DNA of 42,250 bases, taken from the NCBI GenBank assembly GCA_964582065.1, contig CAZOQG010000003.1, positions 1 through 42,250 of the forward strand. The letters are read 5' to 3'. Source of the stretch: an uncultured Dehalococcoidales bacterium (GTDB lineage: Bacteria > Chloroflexota > Dehalococcoidia > GIF9 > UBA5629). A model generated the notes under the pieces. It worked only from the letters and a program-made list of their open reading frames with translations, was not told where the DNA came from and did no database searches. The first letter of the stretch is position 1. Each line of letters opens with the position of its first letter. Shown piece after piece: positions 8,083 to 17,384 of the stretch. Made by a program: the position numbers and the translations under genes.

Positions 8083-9720
8083 TTGATGCATATCAAAGCC
8101 TTATGCCCAGCCTTAGGTCTAAGTATTGTTCTCCTTCCATTGATACTTCTGGCGTTCCCCGTTCCCGTGCATGCTGCTGCTGGCATCACTCTGGATCCCA
8201 CCTCTGGCACAGTACATTCATCCGTACTAATCAGTGGCGAGGGCTTTGTCGGTCATCTGGCAACTATTTACTGGGATGGTCAGGTTATAGTTCAAGACGT
8301 GCCCATCACTGAAACAGGTGAGCTAACTTATAGTCTGGATATTCCTTCTGCGAGCAGAGGCGAACATATTATCGAAGTTACCGATGATAGTCATTGGACG
8401 GGCAGTTCAGCATCATCTACCTTCACAGTGCTCCCGCAGATAAGAGCTTTCCCGCGCATTGCCCGACCATATACACGAGTTACAATAAAGGGCGAGGGCT
8501 TCGCTGCTTTCGAGAGGGATATTAAGATAACCTGGGATGGTAACGCTATAACTGGTTCACCCATTGCTGCTGACAGCCTTGGCAAATGGAGCCTGAATTT
8601 TGACACTCCAGGAGCGACCAAAGGTGAGCACCTCATCGGTGCTTTCGGTAGCGTGACAGGCGCTGCTCAGGTTGCTGAGGTTATGTTTATCATTTCTCGT
8701 TGGGCAAAAGCAGAACCGCTTGTTGGACCGGTGGGCACGGAGATTACAATCGATGGGTTTGGCTTTCGTATTGGTGAAGACGGCATAACCATAAAATACA
8801 ATGGCGAGATAATAATGTGCAATATAGTAGGTGAGACTGATGGCAGCTTTAGCCGTACTCTGAAAATTCCGGCCAGCGTTCAAGGACACCACACAATCGT
8901 TGTCTACGGCAGCAGCTTCACGCCGATAGGCTCTGTGCCGAGCATTGATTTTCAAGTCATTCCACAAATAGAACTACAGCCTGCTTCAGGAAACAAAGAT
9001 ACTGAAGTGACGGTCAAAGGAACGGGCTTTGCCAAAGGCGAAGCAATAGTTATTAGCTTTGATGAAATGACACTAGATGCAGCGGTTGTCGCTGATGATA
9101 CAGGCAGCTTCAGTGCCATCATAGAAGCTCCCCAAAGCGAAGGCACAGAGCATACAGTAACTGCTCTGGGCAGTGACGATAACTCTGCTCAAGCTGGCTT
9201 TATCACGGAGAAGACCCCACCCGCAACCCCAAAATTACTATCCCCCGAACAAGAAGCTAAGCTGGAAATCTTTGGCTCGGTTGGCGACGTGATGGTCGGG
9301 ACTGCCAAATACCTAATCGAAATTGTTGGCCATTTGAGAGGTACCCGGTACGATACTCTCGGGGCACCCCTAGCTACTTTTCATTGGTCAGAGGCCGCCG
9401 ATTCTGACGCTGTGGGCTACGTCTTTCAGATTGCCGTTACTGATGCCTTTGCCTCACCTGTTTTGGAGAAGGAGGATTTGCCCAGCTCAGAGTATACTCT
9501 GTCACAAGAGAATGTTTTGGCTCCCGGGAGCTACAGTTGGAGGGTGAGGGCAATAGATGATGTCGGCAATGAAAGTAAGTGGTCAGAGACCCGGGAATTT
9601 GAAGTAATTCCGATGTCTACTCAAGTCTTCATTCTATCTCTAGCCATTCCGGTGGCACTAATAGCTGTCGTGCTGGTGTCTGTAGTACTAATCCGACGGG
9701 CAAACAGGCCAATTCTTTAA
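8083..9720 (+). CDS. Secreted, C-terminally anchored protein with four IPT/TIG-like Ig repeats and an FN3-like domain
   Basis: Signal peptide ending VPVHA; four P..G....V.I.G.GF repeats; YSWRVRAID..GN.S.WS; hydrophobic C-terminal helix followed by RRANR. Start is 8083 or 8086. Confidence 0.75.
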   Translation: MMHIKALCPALGLSIVLLPLILLAFPVPVHAAAGITLDPTSGTVHSSVLISGEGFVGHLATIYWDGQVIVQDVPITETGELTYSLDIPSASRGEHIIEVTDDSHWTGSSASSTFTVLPQIRAFPRIARPYTRVTIKGEGFAAFERDIKITWDGNAITGSPIAADSLGKWSLNFDTPGATKGEHLIGAFGSVTGAAQVAEVMFIISRWAKAEPLVGPVGTEITIDGFGFRIGEDGITIKYNGEIIMCNIVGETDGSFSRTLKIPASVQGHHTIVVYGSSFTPIGSVPSIDFQVIPQIELQPASGNKDTEVTVKGTGFAKGEAIVISFDEMTLDAAVVADDTGSFSAIIEAPQSEGTEHTVTALGSDDNSAQAGFITEKTPPATPKLLSPEQEAKLEIFGSVGDVMVGTAKYLIEIVGHLRGTRYDTLGAPLATFHWSEAADSDAVGYVFQIAVTDAFASPVLEKEDLPSSEYTLSQENVLAPGSYSWRVRAIDDVGNESKWSETREFEVIPMSTQVFILSLAIPVALIAVVLVSVVLIRRANRPIL

Positions 9721-9814
9721 GAAGCACTGCTTTTCTGAGCTTTACTTGCTGGTTTGTGCCGATATATGATATATTGATTGTGACATATTAGAAAGTTGAC
9801 AGAGATTTTAGTTA

Positions 9815-9914
9815 GCCGCTAGGGGTGCTCAGAATCTAGACGGAAGGCTGAGACTCCGCTGAGGCGGAGAACCCTTGGAACCTGACTTTGATAATTCAAG
9901 CGTAGGGAAGCGGT
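9815..9914 (+). ncRNA. TPP riboswitch
   Basis: GGGGTGC...GGCTGAGA...ACCCTTGGAACCTGA...ATAAT...AGCGTAGGGAAG; P1 GCCGCT/AGCGGT; directly upstream of thiC. Confidence 0.93.
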
Positions 9915-9917
9915 ATC

Positions 9918-9962
9918 AAACCAAGGGTCTAGTGGTTCTTAACTAGAGTTCTTGGTTTTTTT
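9918..9962 (+). terminator. Riboswitch-associated intrinsic terminator
   Basis: AAACCAAGGGTCTAGT...ACTAGAGTTCTTGGTTT hairpin ending in a T7 run. Confidence 0.8.
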
Positions 9963-9977
9963 ATTGTGGACAGAAGA

Positions 9978-11273
9978 ATGACTCAACTAGAGCTGGCAAA
10001 GCGAGGTGCTCTATCGCCTCAAATGAAACATGTAGCACAACAAGAAAGTGTGAGCGAGGAGACTATCCAGCAATATGTGGCTGAGGGCACAATTGTAATC
10101 CCGGCTAATGTTAACCATACTAGTCTCGTTCCCCGCGGCATAGGCAAGGGACTAACTGTTAAGGTCAACGCCAACATTGGCACCTCGTCTGATTATGGCT
10201 CAATAGATAGTGAACTGGAGAAACTACGCCTGACTATTCAGTTTGGTGCTGACGCAGTCATGGATCTGAGTACCGGGGGCGACATTTCATCCATCCGCCA
10301 GGCAATTGTGGCAGCTAGCACCTTACCTGTAGGTACTGTGCCCATATATCAAGCCGGCATCGAAGCCATCGAGCGGCATGGAGCAATAGTAAACATGTCT
10401 ATCGATGACCTGTTTGCTGCCATCGAGCAGCAAGCCGAAGAGGGTGTTGATTTCATGACTGTGCACTGTGGTGTTACCCAAGCAACCATTGCGCGGCTAA
10501 AACGTCAGCGGCGAGTGACCGATATCGTGTCCCGAGGTGGCGCTTTTCTTGTTGGTTGGATGTTACACAATGACCAAGAGAACCCTCTCTACGAGTATTA
10601 TGACCGCCTACTGGAACTGGCCCGCAGATTCGATATTACCTTGAGCCTGGGCGACGGTATGCGCCCGGGGAGCTTGGCTGATGCTACTGACCGAGCTCAA
10701 GTCGAGGAGCTCATTGTCCTCGGTGAACTAGTAGAACGAGCTCGGGAAGCTGGCGTCCAAGCAATGGTAGAGGGCCCTGGACACGTGCCGCTAGACCAGA
10801 TTACCACCAACGTCCAGCTGGAGAAAAGCCTTTGCCATGGAGCTCCGTTTTATGTCCTCGGGCCCTTGGTAACTGATATTGCTGCTGGCTACGACCATAT
10901 CACGGCCGCTATTGGTGGCGCCATCGCGGCTGCCTCAGGGGCAGACTTCCTATGCTATGTCACTCCAGCAGAACATCTCTCACTTCCCGATGCAGAGGAC
11001 GTAAAAATAGGAGTAATAGCTTCACGTATTGCCGCTCATGCCGCTGACATTGCTAGAGGCACCAAGAGAGCAGCCGAGTGGGATAGGAAGATGTCCGTTG
11101 CTAGGAAGAATCTCGACTGGGAATCCCAGGCTGCACTATCGTTAGACCCAGAAAAGGTCCGGCTAGTTCACAACAAATATGCTAGTGCCGGGCCAGCTTG
11201 CAGTATGTGCGGCGACTACTGCGCTATGGCATTGGTAGAAAAGTATCTTGGTATTTCAGCAACTAGCTGTTAG
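9978..11273 (+). CDS. thiC: Phosphomethylpyrimidine synthase
   Basis: [50 protein letters not shown]; TPP riboswitch upstream. Confidence 0.95.
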   Translation: MTQLELAKRGALSPQMKHVAQQESVSEETIQQYVAEGTIVIPANVNHTSLVPRGIGKGLTVKVNANIGTSSDYGSIDSELEKLRLTIQFGADAVMDLSTGGDISSIRQAIVAASTLPVGTVPIYQAGIEAIERHGAIVNMSIDDLFAAIEQQAEEGVDFMTVHCGVTQATIARLKRQRRVTDIVSRGGAFLVGWMLHNDQENPLYEYYDRLLELARRFDITLSLGDGMRPGSLADATDRAQVEELIVLGELVERAREAGVQAMVEGPGHVPLDQITTNVQLEKSLCHGAPFYVLGPLVTDIAAGYDHITAAIGGAIAAASGADFLCYVTPAEHLSLPDAEDVKIGVIASRIAAHAADIARGTKRAAEWDRKMSVARKNLDWESQAALSLDPEKVRLVHNKYASAGPACSMCGDYCAMALVEKYLGISATSC

Positions 11274-11294
11274 TGTTATGGATTATGGCACGGG

Positions 11295-12518
11295 ATGAAA
11301 GCAGAGATAATCTCTATTGGCACCGAACTTCTTCTGGGAGAGATAACTGACACAAACTCCGTTTACCTTGCCGGCCAACTGCCTTTGCTCGGGCTCGACA
11401 TCCACTTCATGTCTACGGTCGGTGATAATCAGCACAGGCTAGTCGACACCCTACGGCAAGCCTGGCAAAGGTCAGACATTATTATCGCCACCGGTGGTTT
11501 GGGTCCTACTCAGGATGACATTACTCGCGAGGCTATTGCTGAGCTACTCAATGAGGAAATTACGATTGACCCTGCCCTAGTCAAGAAATTTCAGGAGCTA
11601 TTTAGTTATTACAAGATAGAGATGCCACCAAGCAACATTAGGCAAGCCGGAGTTATTCCTTCGGCTCAAATAATCCCCAATCCCCGAGGCACAGCTCCCG
11701 GCTGGTGGATAGAACGGGATGAGCGAATAATTGTCACCATGCCCGGCCCGCCACGTGAGATGCAATTAATGTGGACGCAGGAAGTACTGCCTAAACTACA
11801 ACAAAGAACAGAAGGCACCGTCATCCTTTCCAAAACACTTAAGATTTTTGATTTGACTGAAGCCAAGGTGGATGAGCTAGTAAGTCCCTTTCTTTCAGCT
11901 ACAAATCCGACACTGGCCACATATGCCAAAGCTGATGGCATTCACTTGCGCATCACAGCCAAGGCTCGCGTCGCTAGTGAAGCACAACAGCTAATTGATC
12001 AGCGCGAAGCTGACATCCGGGCAATTCTAGATGATAATATCTGGGGCGTGGATTCTGAGAGTCTCGAGAGTATTGTTGGAGCTTTGTTTATGGCAAAGGG
12101 CCTTACTCTAGCCACCATGGAATCTTCCACTGGCGGTCTTCTGGCTAACGTCATTACCAACGTCCCGGGGAGCTCGAAGTATTTTAGAGGAGGCCTGGTC
12201 ACCTACGCTGACGAAGCCAAAGCAGCTTTTGGACTTGATGCACAACTCATTTCTCAATACGGTGCAGTTAGCGCCGAAGCGGCCAAGGCTATGGCAACAA
12301 CTGCTCGAGATAAGCTAGGAACGGCTATTGGTGTTGGCCTTACTGCGATTACAGGACCAATCGAGATCGAAGGTAAACCAGTTGGTACCATATTCGTTGG
12401 CATCGACGACGGGCAGCGCAAGAAAAGCTTGGCCAAGAACTACCCTGGTAATCGCTTGCAAGTGAAGCAGAGGGCAGTTACCTCAGCCCTCTTCGAGCTA
12501 AGGAGGATCTTGCTTTAG
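11295..12518 (+). CDS. cinA: Competence/damage-inducible protein A (MoCF-like + PncC NMN deamidase domain)
   Basis: IGTELLLG...DTNS, GGLGPTQDDIT, GTAPG, MPGPPREM, ESSTGG. Confidence 0.92.
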   Translation: MKAEIISIGTELLLGEITDTNSVYLAGQLPLLGLDIHFMSTVGDNQHRLVDTLRQAWQRSDIIIATGGLGPTQDDITREAIAELLNEEITIDPALVKKFQELFSYYKIEMPPSNIRQAGVIPSAQIIPNPRGTAPGWWIERDERIIVTMPGPPREMQLMWTQEVLPKLQQRTEGTVILSKTLKIFDLTEAKVDELVSPFLSATNPTLATYAKADGIHLRITAKARVASEAQQLIDQREADIRAILDDNIWGVDSESLESIVGALFMAKGLTLATMESSTGGLLANVITNVPGSSKYFRGGLVTYADEAKAAFGLDAQLISQYGAVSAEAAKAMATTARDKLGTAIGVGLTAITGPIEIEGKPVGTIFVGIDDGQRKKSLAKNYPGNRLQVKQRAVTSALFELRRILL

Positions 12519-12526
12519 GAGGGACT

Positions 12527-12922
12527 ATGCACCTGATTATTGACGGTTATGGAAGCAACTCTAAACTTCTACATGATGAGGAATACATCCGCCAAGTGCT
12601 AGACTCCTATCCTTCTCGAATTGGGATGACGAAGATTTCGGCTCCGACTGTTTTCAGATATGTCGGCTCCAAGCCTGAAGATTGGGGGGTTTCCGGACTT
12701 GTCTTCATCGCTGAAAGTCACATCAGCATTCATACCTTCGTTGAGCGCTGCTATGTGAATATCGATATTTTCTCATGCAAGGACTTCAATGCTGAGCAGG
12801 CCATTAGGGATTTTAGAGACGCATTTCAACTGACTAGATTTACGACTGGCCTAATTAACAGGGATTGGAACATAGCGGACCTTGCAGAAGTAAGTGAAGC
12901 GACTCAGCTCCACCTAGTATGA
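12527..12922 (+). CDS. speD: Pyruvoyl-dependent S-adenosylmethionine decarboxylase family proenzyme
   Basis: HLIID, GVSG..FIAESHISIHTF self-cleavage motif, DIFSC. Confidence 0.85.
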   Translation: MHLIIDGYGSNSKLLHDEEYIRQVLDSYPSRIGMTKISAPTVFRYVGSKPEDWGVSGLVFIAESHISIHTFVERCYVNIDIFSCKDFNAEQAIRDFRDAFQLTRFTTGLINRDWNIADLAEVSEATQLHLV

Positions 12923-12925
12923 AGT

Positions 12926-13807
12926 ATGCAAAATGTAGAAGAGTTATTTTCCCCACCACGGAACTTTGGTGCACTGCCATCCCCCTACACCGGCCTGGAA
13001 ACCGCCAAAGTAGTGATTCTGCCGGTGCCCTATGATAGCACTACCGAATGGCACAGTGGCACCCGTGAAGGACCGCAAGCTATTATCGGCGCTTCACAAT
13101 ATCTCGAGCTATATGACATAGAGCTTGATCAGGAGATCTACAAGCTGGGAATTCATACTGTATATGAAATCCAGCCCTTGTTGAGTGGCCCCGAGGAGAT
13201 GGTACAGCGAGCTTACCATGTAGCCAAGCAGCTCATACAACAGGCGAAATTCGTGGTAATACTGGGGGGAGAACACTCTCTGAGTCTTGGAATGGTTCGG
13301 GCTCTTAAGGGAAGGTATCAGGATTTCTGCGTGTTGCAACTGGATGCTCATGCCGACCTTCGCGATGAATATACGGGCACCAAATACAGTCATGCTTGCG
13401 TGATGCGTCGCGTACTTGAGCTCTGTCCCATTATTCAAGTTGGAATGCGAAGCCTGAGCCGTGAGGAGCAACAGTTCTTGAACCAAAACAAGATGCGGCC
13501 ATTCTACATTTCGACACCGACCCCAGATTTGGCTTGGCCACAGCAGATAGTAGCCTTACTGCATGACAACGTTTATGTATCTATTGATTTAGACGTCTTC
13601 GATCATTCAATTATGCCGGCAGTAGACACTGCTGAACCAGGTGGTATGCAGTGGCACGAAGCTCTCAATTTAGTGAGGTTAGTAACTCTGCGCAAACACG
13701 TCATTGGCTTTGACCTTGTGGAACTGTGTCCCAGGGAAGGCCCTACTTCCTGCGCTTTCCTGGCGGCCAAACTAGCCTATAAGCTTATCGGTTACGCTAT
13801 GTCATAA
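12926..13807 (+). CDS. speB: Agmatinase
   Basis: GTREGP, GGEHS, DAHADLRD, SIDLDVFD, EPGG, DLVEL. Confidence 0.9.
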   Translation: MQNVEELFSPPRNFGALPSPYTGLETAKVVILPVPYDSTTEWHSGTREGPQAIIGASQYLELYDIELDQEIYKLGIHTVYEIQPLLSGPEEMVQRAYHVAKQLIQQAKFVVILGGEHSLSLGMVRALKGRYQDFCVLQLDAHADLRDEYTGTKYSHACVMRRVLELCPIIQVGMRSLSREEQQFLNQNKMRPFYISTPTPDLAWPQQIVALLHDNVYVSIDLDVFDHSIMPAVDTAEPGGMQWHEALNLVRLVTLRKHVIGFDLVELCPREGPTSCAFLAAKLAYKLIGYAMS

Positions 13808-13816
13808 GAAACGGAA

Positions 13817-14935
13817 ATGAAGAGCAGTTTGCATCTAGGCAAGATTTTTGGCATTCCTCTGCGTCTGCATTATACCTGGTTCTTCATCTTTGTCTTGATG
13901 ACAGCCTCGTTGGTAGCCTATCTACCAACGTCAGAGCCTTACATTCTCTGGCAGCGGATAGTTCTTGGAGTAACTGCTAGCCTTCTCCTCTTTGTTTCCA
14001 TAATCGCCCACGAGCTAGCTCACAGCCTCGTCGCCGTCAAGAATGGTATTCCCGTAAAAGGCATTACCCTTTTTGTCTTCGGCGGTGTATCGCAGATAGC
14101 CAAAGAGGCAAGCCGCCCGAATACTGAAATGCTGATTGCTATAGTTGGTCCATTAGCTAGCGTAGCAATAGCCGGCATCTTTCTCGGAGCTTCCTTTTTG
14201 TTGAGTGAGCCTCTGGCTACTGTAGCCCAATGGCTAGCTTTTGTTAATGGATTGATGGCCATATTCAATCTTATCCCCGGTTTCCCTTTGGACGGTGGCA
14301 GAGTTTTGCGGTCCATCGTCTGGTTGAGAACCGGCAATTACATGCGGGGAACACGGATCGCCACTTCGTCGGGTCGAGTCATCGGCTACGTGTTTGTCGT
14401 GGGCGGTATCACATTCATGTTTATCACCGGTGAGTGGATTGGCGGCTTGTGGCTAGCTTTCATAGGCTGGTTCTTGGAAACCGCAGCCACGATTAGCTAC
14501 CGACAGGCGTCATTCCATGATGCCCTTCGTGGTTCCACAGTGCAAGACATAATGATTGAAGACCGTTACTTGCTCCTTGCAGTTGCACCACGTGAACTTA
14601 GTCTGGAGCGTTTGGCCCAAGATTACATCCTGCGCACTGGACGTCGGTCCTTTATGGTAGCTGCAGACGGCAATTTGGAGGGAATTATTACTTTGCACGA
14701 TGTAAAAAAGGTCTCACGAGACCGTTGGAGTGCTACCTCGGTGGGAGACATAATGATCCCGCGCGCTAAATTGAGAACGGCCCATCCCGACCAGGATGCT
14801 TTAGCCCTGCTCGAGGAGATGGATGAAGGGAACGTAAACGAAGTCCCTGTGATAAAGGGAGACAAGATTATCGGCATGGTAACCCGAGACAACTTGAACC
14901 ATCGCCTACGAATTCGGACTGAGCTGAAGATGTAG
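13817..14935 (+). CDS. M50 site-2 zinc metalloprotease with C-terminal CBS pair
   Basis: HELAH, FGGV, NLIPGFPLDGG, transmembrane helices and CBS motifs. Confidence 0.92.
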   Translation: MKSSLHLGKIFGIPLRLHYTWFFIFVLMTASLVAYLPTSEPYILWQRIVLGVTASLLLFVSIIAHELAHSLVAVKNGIPVKGITLFVFGGVSQIAKEASRPNTEMLIAIVGPLASVAIAGIFLGASFLLSEPLATVAQWLAFVNGLMAIFNLIPGFPLDGGRVLRSIVWLRTGNYMRGTRIATSSGRVIGYVFVVGGITFMFITGEWIGGLWLAFIGWFLETAATISYRQASFHDALRGSTVQDIMIEDRYLLLAVAPRELSLERLAQDYILRTGRRSFMVAADGNLEGIITLHDVKKVSRDRWSATSVGDIMIPRAKLRTAHPDQDALALLEEMDEGNVNEVPVIKGDKIIGMVTRDNLNHRLRIRTELKM

Positions 14936-14941
14936 AAATGT

Positions 14942-14971
14942 TTGACACCGAATGCCTTCCTGTTCTATCAT
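14942..14971 (+). promoter_or_regulatory. Putative greA promoter
   Basis: TTGACA-N18-TATCAT, favouring the ATG at 14994. Confidence 0.55.
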
Positions 14972-14993
14972 TAACCCAATTCAAAGCAGAAGA

Positions 14994-15821
14994 ATGAGCC
15001 CACGAAACACGCCTGATTCAGCCCCAGCTAGTTCCAGCCTAGCAGAGATCGCCACTCAGTTTGTTCTGAGACTCCCTTCAGAGGATAGACCAAGGGCCCA
15101 GCAAGAAGTATACAAATTTGTACGTTGGTACGGCGAAGACCGCCAGCTAAGTGGACTCACCATTCCTGAAGTGGCCAATTATGCCGAGCAAGTCACTTCG
15201 ACAACTACCGAGGCAGCAGAGAAGTTAGGGATAATCAAAACGTTTCTTGCCTATGGTTACAAGCAAGGCCTGACAAGAACAAATTTGGCTGCCCATATCA
15301 AGGTTAAGAAGACTTCACCCAAACCCGCCTCTCCGTCCAAACGACGGTCCAAAGGATCGGTTTTGCTGACTACTGAAGGCTATGCCGATTTAGAAGCTCA
15401 GCTTGCTCTCCTCAGAGACGAGCGACCCCGGATAGCTGAGGATCTCCGGAAGGCGGCAGCCGACAAGGATTTCCGCGAAAATGCTCCCCTGGATGCCGCC
15501 CGGGAATATCAAGGCCAGTTGGAGGCACGAATTAGAGAGCTGGAATCAACCCTGAAAATGGCAACACTAATGGATGAACAGCAGCCAGGTGGTGACGACG
15601 TAGATATAGGTGATACGGTAGTACTCCGAGACTTAGTCTCTGGCGAAGAATTATGCTACACGCTCCTTGATGCTAGTGAAGCCAACCCAATCGAAGGCAA
15701 ACTCTCTGTCACATCGCCGGTGGGTCAAGCATTATTGGGCCGGCAGAAAGGGAACAAAGTCGAGGTTAGAGCGCCAGGTGGCATCGCACATTACCAGATT
15801 GAAGACATCAAGCACCGTTAA
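14994..15821 (+). CDS. greA: Transcription elongation factor GreA with ~120-aa N-terminal extension
   Basis: LTTEGY..LEAQL, DFRENAPLDAARE, RIRELE, SVTSPVGQALLG, APGG. Confidence 0.9.
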   Translation: MSPRNTPDSAPASSSLAEIATQFVLRLPSEDRPRAQQEVYKFVRWYGEDRQLSGLTIPEVANYAEQVTSTTTEAAEKLGIIKTFLAYGYKQGLTRTNLAAHIKVKKTSPKPASPSKRRSKGSVLLTTEGYADLEAQLALLRDERPRIAEDLRKAAADKDFRENAPLDAAREYQGQLEARIRELESTLKMATLMDEQQPGGDDVDIGDTVVLRDLVSGEELCYTLLDASEANPIEGKLSVTSPVGQALLGRQKGNKVEVRAPGGIAHYQIEDIKHR

Positions 15822-15930
15822 GGTTGGGGGCGACTGGGAAAGTCGTAGGACATTCCGCGGACAATGGGTTAAGCTTCACAAATCAGCCAGAAGCCTTCAA
15901 CCCACCGTTCTCGGAGGGTCAGACAGGGGC

Positions 15931-15959
15931 TTCCCAAAACGAGAATTTTGTATTATAAT
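15931..15959 (+). promoter_or_regulatory. Putative sigma70 promoter for first ACAD pair
   Basis: TTCCCA-N17-TATAAT. Confidence 0.55.
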
Positions 15960-16176
15960 AACCAAGCCGCAAGAAAAGGGTTAGCCTGCGAGAGCTTTCC
16001 CCAATGAATTGGCCAAACTTGAAGCCCCGAATTCCGTATGAGAATCTACAGGCAACTTGAGGGAGGGCCGCGGCGAAGGCAGATAGAGGCCCCTGGGCTG
16101 GCACCTAAACCTTACCCCGGTGGCTGTCCAGCGGGCATCGCTGTGATAGGAGTTGAGACGTTTAAAGGAGGTACAT

Positions 16177-17361
16177 ATGGATTTCAAGTTTACAGATGAA
16201 CAAATGGCACGCAGAAAGGAGTTTGTTGAGGTCTGCAAGGACCTGGAGAAACGAAAGCCGCCAGAGTACATAGGATTCGAGAGTGCGTATTCCGATGAGA
16301 CATGTTGGGAGTACGACCGCCATTGCGCCAAGGAATTTGCCAAGAGGGGATGGCTCGCCCTCGATTGGCCTCCCGAATATGGAGGCTCAGGAACCATGAT
16401 GGACCGAGTTCTCTTTTCCGAAGCGAGAGGATACCATGGCGTTGCCGGGCTTGATGTCTTCGGAGTAGGAATGCTTGGGCCCACACTTCTTGCGGCAGCA
16501 AGTGATGAGATAAAGAGGGAATTCCTTCCCCCTATCGCCGCAGCGGAGGTGACATGGTGCGAGCTATGGAGCGAGCCTAATGCAGGGTCTGACCTGGCAT
16601 CCCTCACCTGCACTGCGATAAAGAAGGGCGATGAATACATCTTGAACGGCCAAAAGACCTGGACCACCGGTGCTCACAAGGCTGATTGGGGTTTTGGAGT
16701 ATTCAAGAGCGACCCCGAGGCCCGGAGCCACCATAATCTTTCGTTTCTGCTGCTGGACATGAAGACCCCTGGAATTACAGTACGACCCCTCCCGTACATG
16801 AACGGAGAAACAATCTATAACGAGGTTTACTTCGACGACGTGCGCATCCCTGCCAAGAACATCGTGGGGCAAGAAAACGAAGGCTGGGCGGTTGTTAACA
16901 CCCTCGCCGGCTTCGAGAGATCCAACATAGACCAGATTATGTCGATGGCACGGGGGCTGGAAGGCCTGGTGCAGTATTGTAACGAGACCAGGCGAAGCGG
17001 CCAGCTTTTGGCGAAGGACCCGCTCATCCGCAACCGGCTGGCGCAGACGGCTTGCGATATTGAGGCAGCCCGAACACTAGCCTACCGAGTGGCTGATTTG
17101 CAAAACAGGAACGAAATGTCTCTGATGGATGCTTCGGCGTTGAAGGTATTTGCCAGTGACCTCGGAGAGCGCCTTGCTTTTTTGGCAACGGACATTTTGG
17201 GCCCTTACGGCCAGGTCAAGTCTTCTCGCTGGGCGCCTATGAATGGCACGTGGGAGGCTTTGTATCACGACTGCTTCGTATTCACCATCTCCATGGGGAC
17301 AAACGAGATACAGAAGAACATCATTGCTTGGTACGGTCTGGGCTTGCCCCGGATGAAATAG
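16177..17361 (+). CDS. Acyl-CoA dehydrogenase (catalytic-type subunit)
   Basis: WPPEYGG, WSEPNAGSDL, NGQKTWTT, FER, GTNEIQKNII; AAGGAGG RBS. Confidence 0.93.
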   Translation: MDFKFTDEQMARRKEFVEVCKDLEKRKPPEYIGFESAYSDETCWEYDRHCAKEFAKRGWLALDWPPEYGGSGTMMDRVLFSEARGYHGVAGLDVFGVGMLGPTLLAAASDEIKREFLPPIAAAEVTWCELWSEPNAGSDLASLTCTAIKKGDEYILNGQKTWTTGAHKADWGFGVFKSDPEARSHHNLSFLLLDMKTPGITVRPLPYMNGETIYNEVYFDDVRIPAKNIVGQENEGWAVVNTLAGFERSNIDQIMSMARGLEGLVQYCNETRRSGQLLAKDPLIRNRLAQTACDIEAARTLAYRVADLQNRNEMSLMDASALKVFASDLGERLAFLATDILGPYGQVKSSRWAPMNGTWEALYHDCFVFTISMGTNEIQKNIIAWYGLGLPRMK

Positions 17362-17384
17362 GCTCAGTTTCAACAGGAGGAATC

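Noticed and set aside
9978-11273. BzaA/B/F (benzimidazole synthesis) instead of ThiC
   Set aside because: It is preceded by a TPP rather than a cobalamin riboswitch, with no cobamide genes nearby.
15960-16150. 6S RNA, SRP RNA or c-di-GMP-II riboswitch
   Set aside because: Only fragmentary resemblance with diagnostic motifs missing; kept as an unassigned leader.
15981-16667. 228-aa minus-strand ORF and similar long antisense ORFs (2203-2829, 22912-23484, 32035-32580, 34265-34882)
   Set aside because: They are shadows of well-supported genes on the opposite strand, with no recognisable motifs.
17250-17384. Extended ORF-track starts (2988, 14952, 16153, 17250, 20076, 22349, 30833, 37882)
   Set aside because: Downstream starts fit RBS or promoter position and family N-termini better, and avoid overlaps.
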